Origin: Eledone cirrhosa
Lineage: Eukaryota
DNA length: 64,000 nt
Direction of reading: 5' to 3'
Assembly: GCA_964016885.1 (NCBI GenBank)
Contig: OZ024741.1
Coordinates: 382,726,001 to 382,790,000 of the forward strand
Part shown: one piece after another, positions 1-13,563 of the stretch
How positions within the stretch are numbered: position 1 is the stretch's first letter
How the letters are laid out: each line of letters opens with the position of its first letter
The notes under the pieces: model-generated
The model's input: the letters and a program-made list of their open reading frames with translations, nothing else
Database searches by the model: none
What the model was told of the DNA's origin: nothing
Program-made: the position numbers and the translations under genes

Positions 1-311
1 TAGAACGATTTAAATTACAATTTACTGAAATATATATCTTACACTCTACATTAATATTATATAGCATAGATGTCAAATAATTTGCAAAATTTATTGGTAA
101 GTAGTCATGCTCCCGAATAAATTACACAATCTAAAGCGGCAGCCTCAGTGTGATTACTGAATATCTTCTTAGGATCTACAGCCAAACCTCTAAAATATCA
201 CATCCAAGAAATAGTTTGATCTACTTCATATTGTATACAGAAATATGATGTACTGATTTTCATAAAACTGAAAGAGCGGTTGGTCAGAACTGACAACAGC
301 ATTAATATATT

Positions 312-346
<35 letters not shown>

Positions 347-362
347 TGCTGTCGTCAGTTCT

Positions 363-397
<35 letters not shown>

Positions 398-399
<2 letters not shown>

Positions 400-1400
400 C
401 GAAGGAAATGTGGTAAGGAACCAGGTGGACCATAACGCACCAAAGTACTCAATACTTGAGGTAGTAGAGTGGGTAATAGGAACCAGTAAGACCCCGACAG
501 CTGAGCTCAAGCCGTTTCGACGGTATAGAGATTGTTTTAGCAAGAAGCTAACGGCATTCTATAACATATATGCGACTATAACGTCAAGATGGGAAAAGTA
601 GTTAACGAAAGATTTAGGAAAAGTAACTCAAACTCATCTCAAAAGAGAATCAGGATATAAATTCATCCACAGAATTTAGTAAAATCCAGGGAAAAATCTA
701 TAGACCTTTAACTCATGATAAAATAAAGTTTGAAACACTTATCCTTCAATTTGGAATAACATCAAATGCTCCGTATAGTCTTAAAAGACTATTTCATGAA
801 AACTTTCAGTGGAGATGGTCACGGTTGGAGTTCATTCATCAGCAGAGCTCAACAGAAACCAGGGCTCTCACAGTAATATAATCCGAAAAAGGGAGTTCTA
901 AAACTGGCTAGTTTGCCTTCATGTGTATTTATGAAAAAGCACATGAGGAAAAAACGGGGCTAGTGACGTCAGGATGGAAGTGAATGTTTATTTACAAGAA
1001 ATAGCAGTCAAATACATTCTGAATAAAAACTCTACAAAAGAGTTCAGCAAAATAGCAATAATTATCACAGTTTTTATGAAAAAAACCGGGATTAGTCACA
1101 GATAGTTTAAGCACTCTAGGAAAAGAATCCGAGTATAAATATAAATGAGAGGTATAGAGATTGTTTTAGCAAGAAGCTAACGGCATTCTATAACATATAT
1201 GCGACTATAACGTCAAGATGGGAAAAGTAGTTAACGAAAGATTTAGGAAAAATAACTCAAACTCATCTCAAAAGAGAATCAGGATATAAATTCATCCACA
1301 GAATTTAGTAAAATCCAGGGAAAAATCTATAGACCTTTAACTCATGATAAAATAAAGTTTGAAACACTTATCCTTCAATTTGGAATAACATATCCTTCAA
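398..1400 (-). mobile_element. Non-autonomous PLE-like/retrozyme element(s) in a (TA)n tract with ~630 bp direct repeat
   Basis: 522-760 repeats directly at 1151-1390. 398-523 recurs at 46463-46590 and inverted at 32705-32842. 522-750 recurs at 32440-32665. Flanked by TA runs and contains an HHR. Confidence 0.7.
768..848 (-). ncRNA. Type I hammerhead ribozyme
   Basis: Minus strand reads GCUCUG-CUGAUGA-AUGAAC..GUUUUCAU-GAAA-UAGUCUU UU AAGACUA-UA-CGGAGC. All three stems pair and the core is canonical. Confidence 0.85.
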
Positions 1401-1563
1401 TTTGGAATAATATATATATATATATTTATGTGTGTGTGTGTGTGTGGTGGTTGTCTACTCTTTGTAGAACTTAGCCGCAACTTGCACCTATATTTGCTAA
1501 TTCTTAGCTTGAGATCTTAATCGACTTTTGATCCCTGAAAGGCGTTTGAAAATCTGACTGTAA

Positions 1564-1607
<44 letters not shown>

Positions 1608-1608
1608 A

Positions 1609-1713
<105 letters not shown>

Positions 1714-1739
1714 CTGTGTGTGTGTTTTGCAATTTTTGG

Positions 1740-2400
1740 ATGTGAAATCGTAAGTTGAAACAGATATTGTTATATTTGGGGAGGGTCATATTGTTATAAT
1801 ATTGCCAGAAATATTAATAGAACACATCACTGTTTGCCTTGGATTAGTTTTTGAATCTGTATATTTTATTTCTCTATAGTTTACTTAGATGGCATTCAAT
1901 GTTTATCATATATATATACACAAGTACCATAACAACAAACACATATAAACACACATTATTGAACAAAGATAGAATACAAAAACAAAAACACATACACTCA
2001 AACACGAATACACACACCAAACATAAAAAACACACGCATGCGCAATCAGAGACAGAGACAAGAATAGATGAATAAATAAATAAAATAAAAATGGCATAGG
2101 CATTACAATACAACGGGAGGAAATATAATATTTCCACTGATGATGTCACAGATGTGTGACGAAAGAATTTTGACATATATATTTATATCTATATTTGTAA
2201 CCGTTGGTCAATCAATGATAAACATTGATTGCCAGATAAATTAAGTATTGAGATATGAAAGATACTGAAGCGAAAATCAACACACACCAAACAGTGTGTT
2301 CTGTTATTATTTCTGGCAATATCATAAGAATATGATCCTCCCAAGTATAACAATATTTATTTCGACACACGATTTCATATAAAACAACTGCAAAACAAAT
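1740..2400. mobile_element. Non-autonomous PLE-like element with partial inverted duplication
   Basis: 1740-1850 is an imperfect inverted copy of 2280-2400. Family members at 31995-32190, 44515-44910 and 61070-61540. Bounded by microsatellites. Confidence 0.65.
2134..2175 (+). ncRNA. Minimal hammerhead-like motif (degenerate stems I/III)
   Basis: CUGAUGA-U-GUCACA gaug UGUGAC-GAAA. Homologs at 44715-44756 (-) and 61303-61342 (+) have GUUGC(A)/(U)GCAAC, a compensatory stem II change. Confidence 0.6.
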
Positions 2401-2511
<111 letters not shown>

Positions 2512-2703
2512 CAAATAACGAAACGAAATTAAATTTCGTTTCGTTTGTAACTCACTTTTGTATGACTGACGCTTAAACAATTAAGTTAAAAATGTACGTA
2601 CTAACACTCTATGCAAATTAGTCTGCCCACTACTAATTTTCATAGAAAAAGCATATAACGATATGTGCTTTTACGATTCTCCAGAAAGGCCGGAAGATAG
2701 GTA

Positions 2704-2748
2704 AATATTGCTGACGAGTTGTAACAACAACGAAACTAGTTCAATATT
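2704..2748 (+). ncRNA. Minimal type I hammerhead ribozyme
   Basis: AAUAUUG-CUGACGA-GUUGU aaca ACAAC-GAAA-CUAG(palindrome)-UU-CAAUAUU. Stem I is extended by flanking inverted repeats ttctccagaaag/ctttctggagaa. Confidence 0.85.
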
Positions 2749-2969
2749 CCTTGTCTGGCTTTCTGGAGAATAGAGGAAAGGTGTTTCCTCAAAAACCAGT
2801 ATGACTCTAAAAACCGGTTTGTCTGTGTGTTTACATACAGAATAGCCGGACACTCACAGTAAAGTGACCAGTGAAAAACTTGGTACATCTACATATGTAT
2901 ACGTGTGTGTATTCATATGCATACTAGTATTTCAGTATACATATGTGGATGTACATTTTTAACTTAATT

Positions 2970-3054
<85 letters not shown>

Positions 3055-3417
3055 CAAAGCTCTTTCGACACAGATTCTTTGACCTCCGGATGTAGCGCGT
3101 GCGCAAACTAAGCACACAACACAGAAAAATAAGATGGTGTAGGATAGGACAAAGGAGAGACACATAAAATACAAGCCTAGTGACTAAAGAGGTCACATAA
3201 TGTGTGACAAATATATTTATACAACCTTCCGGTTATCGAACCAATGGACCAACCGGAAATTTGTAATAAATAGAAAAGGATACCAACAGGTGCGTGTGTT
3301 TCTATTGGGAATATTATCATACGAAAGTATAAAAATATACGTTCCAAGACACGTTTTCAGATAAGAAATCTCGCAAAACAAATTCAAAAACGAATTATAT
3401 GTACATATATATATATA

Positions 3418-3700
3418 AATGAAGTAATTCCGGAGGAAGGGTAAAGGAAAAGAGAGTGCTCTATGTAGGCTACAGAGCTTTTTAGTTATGTAATAAACAA
3501 CATAAGATAATTAATTCATTTACCAGTAGTTTCTTAAAGACAGATATTTATATCTGTCTTCAGTTGTCAGAGTGAATGACATGGAATGTTTATTGAATAT
3601 GGATTTCAAAACAAAATTTAGGAAATATAAATGTGAGGCTGAAATCAAATAACTGGCAAAAAATTGAGGGGAAATATATATAAATAAATGTCCAGAACAT
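3418..3700 (-). mobile_element. Non-autonomous PLE-like element with degenerate HHR (CUGACAA..GAAA CUACUGG UA)
   Basis: Homologous to 26815-27020 and to inverted 31055-31170. Lies between TA runs. Confidence 0.55.
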
Positions 3701-3941
3701 AAACATACACGCACTCAAGCACACACCCATATATATACACATAAACACACACACATATATAAATATGTATACACACACACATACACATACATACAAACAT
3801 ATACAAAAGTCTCTATACATACACGCACGTATATATACATACCCATATATATATACACACACACATACACACACATATCCATATATATATATATATATAT
3901 ATATGGATATGGGTGTGCATGCGTGTTTGTATATATGTGTG

Positions 3942-3985
<44 letters not shown>

Positions 3986-3991
3986 TATATA

Positions 3992-4655
3992 TGAATGTAT
4001 ATATAGTGTATTTTGCAATGCATTGTATGCTTAATAAATAGCATTTTGAAGACCTTATGCTATTGTTTTAGAGTAGTGACAGACTCACTTACTTTAATTT
4101 CAGCAAACAGGGGGAGATAAAGCTGACAAGGCGCAGTTTCTGCATTTATTGATGCTTATCAAAGCCAACTACTCCTCCCGTTTGCTGAGAACCTGGATGT
4201 TTTGGTTCTTATAGAATACTAGTAAATAATCAGGAACTGATTATACAGAGCGGTTGCCGGTCAAGCAGAAATAAAGAAATAGAATTGTTTCTCTGAAATA
4301 GCTATATATATATGAATGTATATATAGTGTATTTTGCAATGCACTGTATGCTTAATAAAAAGCATTTTGAAGACCTTATGCTATTGTTTTAGAGTAGTGA
4401 CAGACTCACTTACTTTGATTTCAGCAAACAGTATAATCAGTTCCTGATTATTTACTAGAATTCTATAAGAACCAAAACATCCAGGTTCTCAGCAAACGGG
4501 AGGCGTAGTTGACTTTGATAAGCATCAATAAATGCAGAAACAGGGCCTTGTCAGCTTTATCTTCCCCTGTTTGCTGAAATAAAAGTAAGTGAGTCTGTCA
4601 CTACTCTAAAACAATAGCATAAGGTCTTCAAAATGCTTTTTATTATAAAATGCTT
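3992..4655. mobile_element. Retrozyme-like element, ~321 bp monomer (1.4 direct copies plus inverted partial), diverged relative of the 310 bp array
   Basis: 4001-4110 repeats at 4322-4431. 4433-4645 is an inverted copy of ~4030-4245. Shares gagcggttgccggtc..gcagaaat..tctgaaatagc.atatatat..cattttgaagacct with the 310 bp monomer. Confidence 0.75.
4511..4556 (+). ncRNA. Hammerhead ribozyme, U3:A8 core variant (second copy at 4121-4166, minus)
   Basis: G(A/G)CU-UUGAUAA-GCAU caauaa AUGC-A-GAAA-CAGG gc CUUG-UC-AGCU. Distal stem tcagcaaac/gtttgctga. Confidence 0.65.
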
Positions 4656-4656
4656 T

Positions 4657-5085
4657 TTATGTGTAGGTGGTCGTGATGGCATTTTTTGCCAGCTTATTGT
4701 AGGTCTGTGGGTCTACCTCATAAACGCTTTTGATTTTATCGAAGGAGACATGAAGATTAGGGGATTTTTTTATATTCCGCAATTCAGTGTTTAAGTAGGC
4801 CTGGAATGGTGTAGTGGCTCTACGGAATTTGATATCTGTGATCATCTTGAAGAGGTTTTCTCCAAATGGTTCAAGTAGGCTGTTGGTGGATGTTGCCTTA
4901 TTCGTTTTGAAGCCGAACTTCTCATCATTGGTAGATGCTACATCAGGGTTGTCGAGGAAGAAGGCTCTCCATCTAATTCGCTTGATGAACTCGTCGGTAC
5001 GTCTGATGAGTGTTTTTAAGTAAAGTTTCCTTGGAGGGATGGGGATGTTCTTCATGGAGACATCAAGGTAGAGTTTGGTCAGCAT
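4657..5085 (-). pseudogene. 5' fragment of Penelope-like (Naiad-type) ORF
   Basis: SMKNIPIP..IKRIRWRAFF..FGFKT..L.PF...L..MI..IKFR..DK is the N-terminal region also seen at 59561 (SLKDIP..IRRMRWKAF). Truncated before the RT domain. Confidence 0.8.
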
Positions 5086-5129
5086 GGTTCCTTGGAGATG
5101 GTTATAAGGGGCACAGAGGGTGCTAAAAG

Positions 5130-5700
<571 letters not shown>

Positions 5701-5721
5701 ATATATATATATACATGGGGG

Positions 5722-5940
5722 TGGGTTGCACCAAGAGTGTTGCTCTGCGAGGCACAAGTCCAAGCAATGTTATTTTGTGGAAGTACAGCAGCTTCTCATG
5801 CATGCCAGTCTCCCCTCTCCACGTCATCGATGTTGTCCAAGGGAAATGCTAATGGTGATGCAGCTTGGAACCAGTGAACCCAATTTCTAAAGCTGTGTAA
5901 ACTGGAGCAACGTGAAATAAAGCATCATGCTCAAGAAAAT
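5722..5940 (-). mobile_element. SINE fragment with RTE-related segment (octopus-type SINE family)
   Basis: gtctcccctctccacgtcatcgatgttgtccaagggaaa...aactggagcaacgtgaaataaag..tgctcaagaa is recognised from memory as a cephalopod SINE / RTE 5'UTR-like sequence. Confidence 0.55.
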
Positions 5941-6107
5941 GGAAGCCCATATATATAGTGTAAGTCCATATATAAATATATAAATATATATAATCTGAGT
6001 TTTTTCGAATATTAATAATAATACTCGAGTATGCAAACAGCCTCTTTCAAGCCATGTCAGTAGAATGACTACATCATTCTTGCTCTCTTGTTGGCATGTA
6101 GACACAA

Positions 6108-6152
6108 CTGCAGACACTAAAGTTTCTGGGTGATTAACCTTCATCAGTACAG
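6108..6152 (-). ncRNA. Hammerhead-like motif
   Basis: CUGUA-CUGAUGA-aGGU uaauc ACCca-GAAA-CUUUAGUG-UC-UGCAG. Stem I pairs, stems II and III are weak. Confidence 0.5.
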
Positions 6153-6362
6153 TATACTGCTTACCTGCCAACTGTCAGAACTAGTGAAAATATATATTTC
6201 CTAAAATATATAATGACTGATCGGCCTGATATCCATATTAACTGACTGCCTAATCAATCAGATCTGCATATTAGCAAACCCACTGATCAGCCAGATTTGC
6301 ATATCAGCAGATATGCCAGTCAGTTTCATGTTTACGAGTATATAATATATATATATATGTGT

Positions 6363-6439
<77 letters not shown>

Positions 6440-6881
6440 CATACGAACAGAAATATTGATTGTTGCGTGTGCAAGCGTGAATGACGTTGTGCTTCCTTGT
6501 ACCACGCCTAATCACCTCTGGTTAGAAGGAAGGGGTGAGGTCATTACAATGCTATAGTTTTGGTTTTTTTTTTATTCCTGTTTAGTTTACATTCTTCATC
6601 CGTACTGTCTTTATCTTTCGTTATTCTCCAAATGAAAAAATAAAATGCTACATCATTCTCACGCTTTTCTCCTCTTCTCTTTCCTCCTCCTTCTCTCTAT
6701 ATTCCTCTCATTTCTCACATTCTTTAGACCATCTGTGTTTCATTCTCTCTCTCTTTCCTGTATTCCGCTCAATATGAGGTCATATTTCATCCCGCCCTGT
6801 TTACAACTACTTCCGTGTTGAGATTCCTACAATTTTATGAACACTCATATACACTCATCAGTCCTATCCTTTATAATCAAT

Positions 6882-6986
<105 letters not shown>

Positions 6987-8604
6987 ATTTTGTAGAAATT
7001 TACTTTTATATATTGACATTTTTCCTCTTCTTTCATTTGATATATCGATTTAAATTTCGATAGATATGTGTACATGTTAAACACCTGATATTTGTGGACA
7101 TTTGTTAATCGGTAAATCCTTTAGATATATTTTGTGGCTTAAACTTTTGATCATATTTTAATAATTCCTTTGTTTGATTACCCCACTGTAAGAAGACCAT
7201 AAATTAGCATGGCACAGATATAATCTATAACTCTTCTAATCTCCTGCTTTATCAATCAATCGGGCTCTATGAGAGCTAAATGTATCCCGTAGTGATTCAA
7301 TAATCCTGAAAATGTAACTAAATTACATATATATGTAGAGTATGTTTATTTAACGTTTAGGCTCTTCCATTGCAGATATTATTTAAGAAATAATGACAAT
7401 GACAACTAAAGAAATAAATAGGAAAATAATTATACTCATATTCTAGTGCACTTGTTTGCGTATATTAATTAGGTTCATGTAAGACTCTACAAATCTAATC
7501 TCGGGTAGGAAAGTAAATACGTGAAAAATATACCAATTATCTAATCCAAGTATGTTGGATCATTTTAAAACAATTTCTCAGTTAACAGGATTTGAAACTA
7601 TGTTATGAAACTAAGCTAGAATGAATTCACGACAATCTGCTTATGCGCATTAATATTGATTTGGTTAAAGAGCATTAATAACCGACTTCCCATGTATCTT
7701 CCCATGTACATACCTATTTGCTGGTTATATACGAATCCGCGATAACAGGTTTTTCAAAAGTAATAACATTAAAATCATAAGAACCAACAAATACTTGAAT
7801 TCCTGATCAAATCGGATTGTTAAACGTTGCTTATAGAGAAATCGATATGCTAATAGTCCGACAGAAATCATTAATGGATATACAAATTTAGACTCGTCAT
7901 AAGTAAATACGCATCTGGTGTTACTATCTCTTTTATTTACTATTAAAGTACTCAGAGAACATTCTTTTCCTGCAGTTTTAAAGATTATTAAATGTTCCAC
8001 TAATCGCTCTACTGAATTCAACATGGCGGAAAGTAAAATATCAGATGCTAGCTCAATGCAGCAATCGTTTACCGACTGCTAAGAATCAACATTACGGAAT
8101 GAATAAAGAAAATAAAACATACTGCCAAAATAGATATTGCATTTCAAAGGCAGTTGTATATACGAAGAACAAAAAATATTCGTAACTGTCAGTGAACTGA
8201 ATAGATTTATATAAAACAAAATATAAATAGTCAGTGAAAAAAATAACAAAAAGCACAAATATATTCATTCAGGCAAATATTTAACTAGGTGTTTAAATCT
8301 TTGTTATTGGCTGTGTTCTATGTTTATACATAGATTTCATTTAAAGTGGTGTTTACTTGCAATTGCTGTCGCTTTGACTTGATCGCTCCAATCCCGATAT
8401 GTATCAAACAAATGTATTGACTTAAGTGAATAGAATCTCCAATAAAAATATGAAAGCACATATGATTGAAACACACACAGACATGCATAGATATTTATAT
8501 ATATATATATACATATACATACATACATATATATGTGTGCGTGTGTGTGTGTGTTTATAATATATATATAATATACATATAACATATAGATATGATTTAA
8601 TATG

Positions 8605-8674
<70 letters not shown>

Positions 8675-8684
8675 TATATATATT

Positions 8685-8762
<78 letters not shown>

Positions 8763-9437
8763 TATAGATACATACATATGTAGGTAGATAATAGATTCAT
8801 ATATACATACATATGAAATCCCAACATATTGTTAGGAATTTCATTATAACTAAGCACCAAGGTAAACTACGTCTTGCTGACATTAATGTAAATATTTACC
8901 TGGTTGGAATTCAGATAATTCTCTACTACTGATTAATGAAAGAATTCACCAATATTGAATAATGCTATGTGAATTTGATAAAGCATTAGTGCAAGATATA
9001 CACGCTCCAGAACGTACTCCTACTCTTTATATCAAACTTGAACTTGAAATCATTATCGCTTTGTTTTTACTACAAATTGTTAAATTAAATGTATAGGTGT
9101 CAGTCAAAAGAAATATATTTTATTAAATGATGAGTGTGATTAATAGAACGGAAACAGTTTTCGGATATAATTAAAAGATAATATACTGAATAGGCTTTAC
9201 ATTTTTATAAATATGTTTTTTACAAATAAACTTACACCAGTTATTTGAAAACGTGGAGCATTTATTTTATCGATCCAACGAATTACTACTTGTAAAGAAG
9301 TTTTATTTAAAAGAGTTTACCACACACCCACATGATCGCAACTTAATTCCCTCGTCTGATTCAATATTGTACAATGTGAGAAAACTGACCAGTTGCTTTA
9401 CTGGTATAATCTAAATATAAAGAGATAGAAGAATTAT

Positions 9438-9534
9438 TCATAGCCCACCCGCCTCTGCCCCATATAACTGGTCCTTTCCTGGTTGGTGCTTCTGATAGGG
9501 AAACATGCCATTAGAGAAGCTTACGGCTACTAAA
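9438..9534 (-). CDS. Candidate terminal coding exon of an unidentified host gene (..LVAVSFSNGMFPYQKHQPGKDQLYGAEAGGL*)
   Basis: Acceptor tgaattttcttgcag, GC-richer than the flanks, open to TGA, AATAAA downstream (~9261). Phase-compatible with 10886-10943. Confidence 0.35.
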
Positions 9535-10885
9535 CTGCAAGAAAATTCATGGTGTAATTGTTACACGAGAAATAAGAAATGGAAGCTCAAACCTTAGAAA
9601 AAGTAATGTCGAATTAAATGCCTAATACTATTTAGTTTCATTTTTCTGCGAGGTGTGCCTACATGTTTCTGAAAACCTTGCCGTTAATACATAAATAATT
9701 AATTTAATATATAATGGTCTTGTTTTGACATCAGCACAACCTTCTACAAAATCTTGCTACTCTCTTTCAAAAGAAGAAATTATTAATTGTAAAGATATAT
9801 AGGATCTAACATTTGTAGCAATGCTAGTTATTCTTACAACATTTGTAATATTTACGTTCTTGTATTTCAATATTTTACGAGATGCTTTACTATCGTATTA
9901 TAAAATCCTTACATTGATTTTATTATTTACTATAATAAAGTATATTTTCATGGGACTGCACATATCATATGACAAAATGCTATATTATTTCTCCATTTGC
10001 TTTTACATGTATTATGCTTTACATTTTCAATGATTTTCTTTGATTTCGTATTTTGTATATTGATATATATTCTTACTGTGCGATATATTATATGATTTGC
10101 TTTTTTTCATATTAATATATACTACTGATTCTTATATATTCTATTTCGTACTTATCATTATTGTATCGCAGACATACATTCGATTGACTTCATAGTTTGG
10201 CAGTGTGAGTAAGTTGGTGTTAATTTTAAATGCTATGTCTTAGACAGATGTTCATATAATATATGATAGATAATGTCTCTGTTACTCAGGAAATATTTCT
10301 GTGAATGTTTGATTTATATGCCTTATTGTTATCATATTCCTCACATAGCAAGAAAAGTGTATATATATGCGAATTCTGTTTGCAACTTAAGTCAATTTTA
10401 TCTTTTATCAAGAAAGATGGCTTGAAATTGTTTTATTTTAAATGATTGCGTCTTTTTCTCTGGCTGAAAAACATTCCGTATCTCATCTATACCAGCATGA
10501 TGTCTGAATGATGTACAGCTAAGATGAAATCAGATCTATATAGTTTTCTTTGAACGTTTTTCATGTATATGACAGAAGGCTTATCCTTACGATGGAATAC
10601 ATTGAAGCAACTCTCATCCATGTGAAAGACATGTTATTTTATGTTGCTTTTTAGAATTTCTTCTGCTATCCAGGTTTATGAAAATATCTGAGTAACATGT
10701 AAGGTAACATCTTACGTAGTAAATAGATGAGTAGTGTGCCATCAACAATTTTAATAAGATAGAAAGAGGAAGTGTGACGCTTAAATTACAGAGGAAGGAA
10801 ATAAAGGAGAATATAATAGCTCCAAATAATACTTTCAACCATTCTCTATTAGTGATACCCCTGGGGAAACGATCTTTACGACTAC

Positions 10886-10943
10886 CTCAAATCCGTTACT
10901 CTTTTTTTAGATTTGATGAGTCCAAGCCCGCTGATTGTGCCAT
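10886..10943 (-). CDS. Candidate internal exon (DGTISGLGLIKSKKRVTDL-S)
   Basis: Acceptor gtttttaag and donor gag|gtagtc. 58 nt, splices in frame (AG|T=Ser) to 9438-9534. Confidence 0.3.
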
Positions 10944-11634
10944 CTTAAAAACAGTTTAAGCTATACATTTACTATATTTCCACATTCAAATGTCGAGATT
11001 ATTTTAGTTTGCTTATAGACCTTTCTGACACATTTTTCAAATTAAATACATAGAAATAAATAATTTCTAATGTAGATATTTTAGCATTTAGACTTATAAT
11101 TTGTAATCTATCTAGTGTGGACACGTTTGCTTCGTTAAAATTAAACACTATTCCATCACTAGTAAAACTTTACGTTCGAATTAAGAAATTATGAGTATAG
11201 GAGATGTAGAATATACTAGTGGTGAGAACTGTCATTTAATATTCACCATTTACATCTTCTTCAAAGTAAAAAGTTAATCGGACCTTTGCGCAAAATCTAA
11301 GATATATGAATACGAAGTGCGTGGGTTGAGTTCACCCACTTGAGGGGTTGTATGGCAACAAACCAAAGATTTTGTATGATACGGTCTGAGTTATGTGTTC
11401 AGATTGTTCGTATACATGTAGAACATTTGGCCCGAGAATTAAGGAAAAAGCAGAGTGGTGACGTCAGACAAAACTCTATTGCGTGTTCGCCACTATACAT
11501 AGCAGAGAATTCAAGTTGTAAGAAACGCTTTTTAACATGAGTAATGTTGAATGCTGCGAGAGGGAAATCTTTTACTCTTACCATTCTTTTTCTGATAACC
11601 GATTACTGCAGCTGGTGCATTACTGCATCTGCCC

Positions 11635-11900
11635 ATGAAATTATTGCACGTGATTCAGCCTCCTAAGTTATATATTCTAATAGGGGACTCCGATGCACAT
11701 GTTGCCACTAACAACTTCACTTGGAAATCAGTGACTGGAAGGAGGGGCGATCTCAATCTAAATACTAATGAGGAGGCCTTATTAGGTTACTGTTCTAGTA
11801 ATCAGCTCTCTATTATGAACACCTGTCAGCACAGTGTCATCCATAGATACATATGGTATAAGGGAAATGAGGACCAGAGATAAATTATTGATTTTGTTAG
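11635..11900 (+). pseudogene. RTE-clade LINE apurinic endonuclease remnant
   Basis: ILIGDSDAHV..WKSVTGRRG..LN.NEEALLGYCSSNQLSIMNT..H..IHRYIW matches the GDFNAHVG..LLDFC..L.ITNT..H..TW motif. Confidence 0.7.
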
Positions 11901-12259
11901 TACTTCTGAATGATGCTTTTGAAGCCAAACGCGGTCAACTCATTCTAGAGTCAATACAGTACCGTACAAAACGTTTTACAGTTTATTGGTGCTGTTGTTA
12001 TTGTTATTACACACTGTTTAATCTTAGTGTGGCCTCGGTAGTTATTATTTACCAATACCACGTAATGGCAACTCTCTGGTAGAACTTTGTTTGGTTCGTT
12101 ATATAATCAATAAGAATATTAAAGAAGCCCTAAAATATTTAATGTAGTAAGGAAACAGGAAACAACTAATGTTTTGATGCCATATTGGGCTTAAATTCAA
12201 TATAAGATGATTCCATTAAGGTGACCGGTAATTAATCTAATTGACTTCAATTCAGAAGA

Positions 12260-12325
12260 CTGGAAAGTGTTCACACTGGAATGCAAGTGTGCACACTGGA
12301 ATGCAAGTGTTCACACTGGAATGCA
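12260..12325 (+). repeat. 20 bp minisatellite, ~3 copies
   Basis: (ctggaatgcaagtgt[t/g]caca)n. Confidence 0.8.
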
Positions 12326-13344
12326 ATATCAAATTTAGAAATAAACCAGGATAGTTTCACAGCTTTATGTTCATATAGATAACGATGATTTATAAACATC
12401 TAATGACAAAACAAGAGAAATATAATTTTAAAGGACGGAACCGAGTAGCAAGAGTAGTACACATTCAAATAATAAATAATACATGAATGTATTCTAAAAA
12501 GCTGTCTATTGTTTGTTTTAAATATAGCATTGAACTTATACGCCACACAAAACGCCAATGTCTCACATCAAACAAATATAAATAAGCGTTTTAGGTCAAT
12601 GTGTAAAGAATATCAGAGAAAATGTACCGTCTTAATATATATAACACTGCAATATATTTCTTTTTAAATAAGTGAAACAATAATAGTTTTTCAAGAAATA
12701 GAACCAGATAATCCGTGAAAGATTAGCATATGGATACTAAGCAAAGAATCATGATTAAGTCGGATAAATTTATAATGACAGAGGGCTTAAAAAGGATTTA
12801 TGGTGAACAAGAATATTATGAGAATCAGTGTACACAAACCAAGTGCAAATATCTAGATAATACTTCTTAATGATTTATGCCATTAATAGATATTTCCAAG
12901 TACTATAAATATTATCAATTATTAAGCGGTGGAGATGTTGCAACGAAAAAATCATCACCATCTGTTGAAATCAGTAAAAAGCTGAATTCTTGTCTTTCTA
13001 AATTATAATTTTAAGCCATTGTCTATTCCATCCATAATCACTGCTATCGGAATGAAGTTGGCTGCGGGCAGTTTCGAACCCTGTGAGAGGGAACGGTTGT
13101 TCCAGGCCGCCTCCTTCAATATTGTCTGGAAAAATATATTCTCCACCCTTTCAGCCGGGACACAGAGGCGGAGGGTAATGGAGGTGGATGGTACTCGTTT
13201 GGACGTCACTCATTTCCTCTTTTCGCCTCACTTTCACTCACCCGACCTCACTTGTTCATATTTACGTCAAGATTTATCTTTCATAACACAGTCGAGAATA
13301 TGTACAGGATACTCTAATGTGTTTCTTTTTACTTTGGATGTAAC

Positions 13345-13563
13345 TAATAGTTTCTTATATAGGCACAAGGCCAGCAATTTGGAGCAAGAGAAAAGTCGAT
13401 TAAACCGACACCAGTGTGTGACTGGTACTTTATTTTATCGACCCCATAACGATGAAAGGCAAGGTTAACCTCGGCGGGTTTTGAACTCAGATCATAAAGA
13501 GCCGTAACTCTATGCTGGAAAGCATGGCATCCGACCCTCTACCGATACTGCCAATCCACCGCC
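13345..13563 (-). mobile_element. tRNA-derived SINE
   Basis: Reverse complement has A-box tggcagtatcggt, B-box gagttcaaaaccc, core ttgcctttcatc..ggggtcgataaaataaagtaccag and tail gctggccttgtgcc. Confidence 0.85.

Noticed and set aside
8019-8082. caacATGGCGG start/YY1-like motif
   Set aside because: The frame closes after 19 codons and no strong donor site is evident.
13003-13468. 149 aa and 68 aa ORFs in a GC-richer patch
   Set aside because: No recognisable domain. The longer ORF runs into a SINE, so this is probably a TE remnant.
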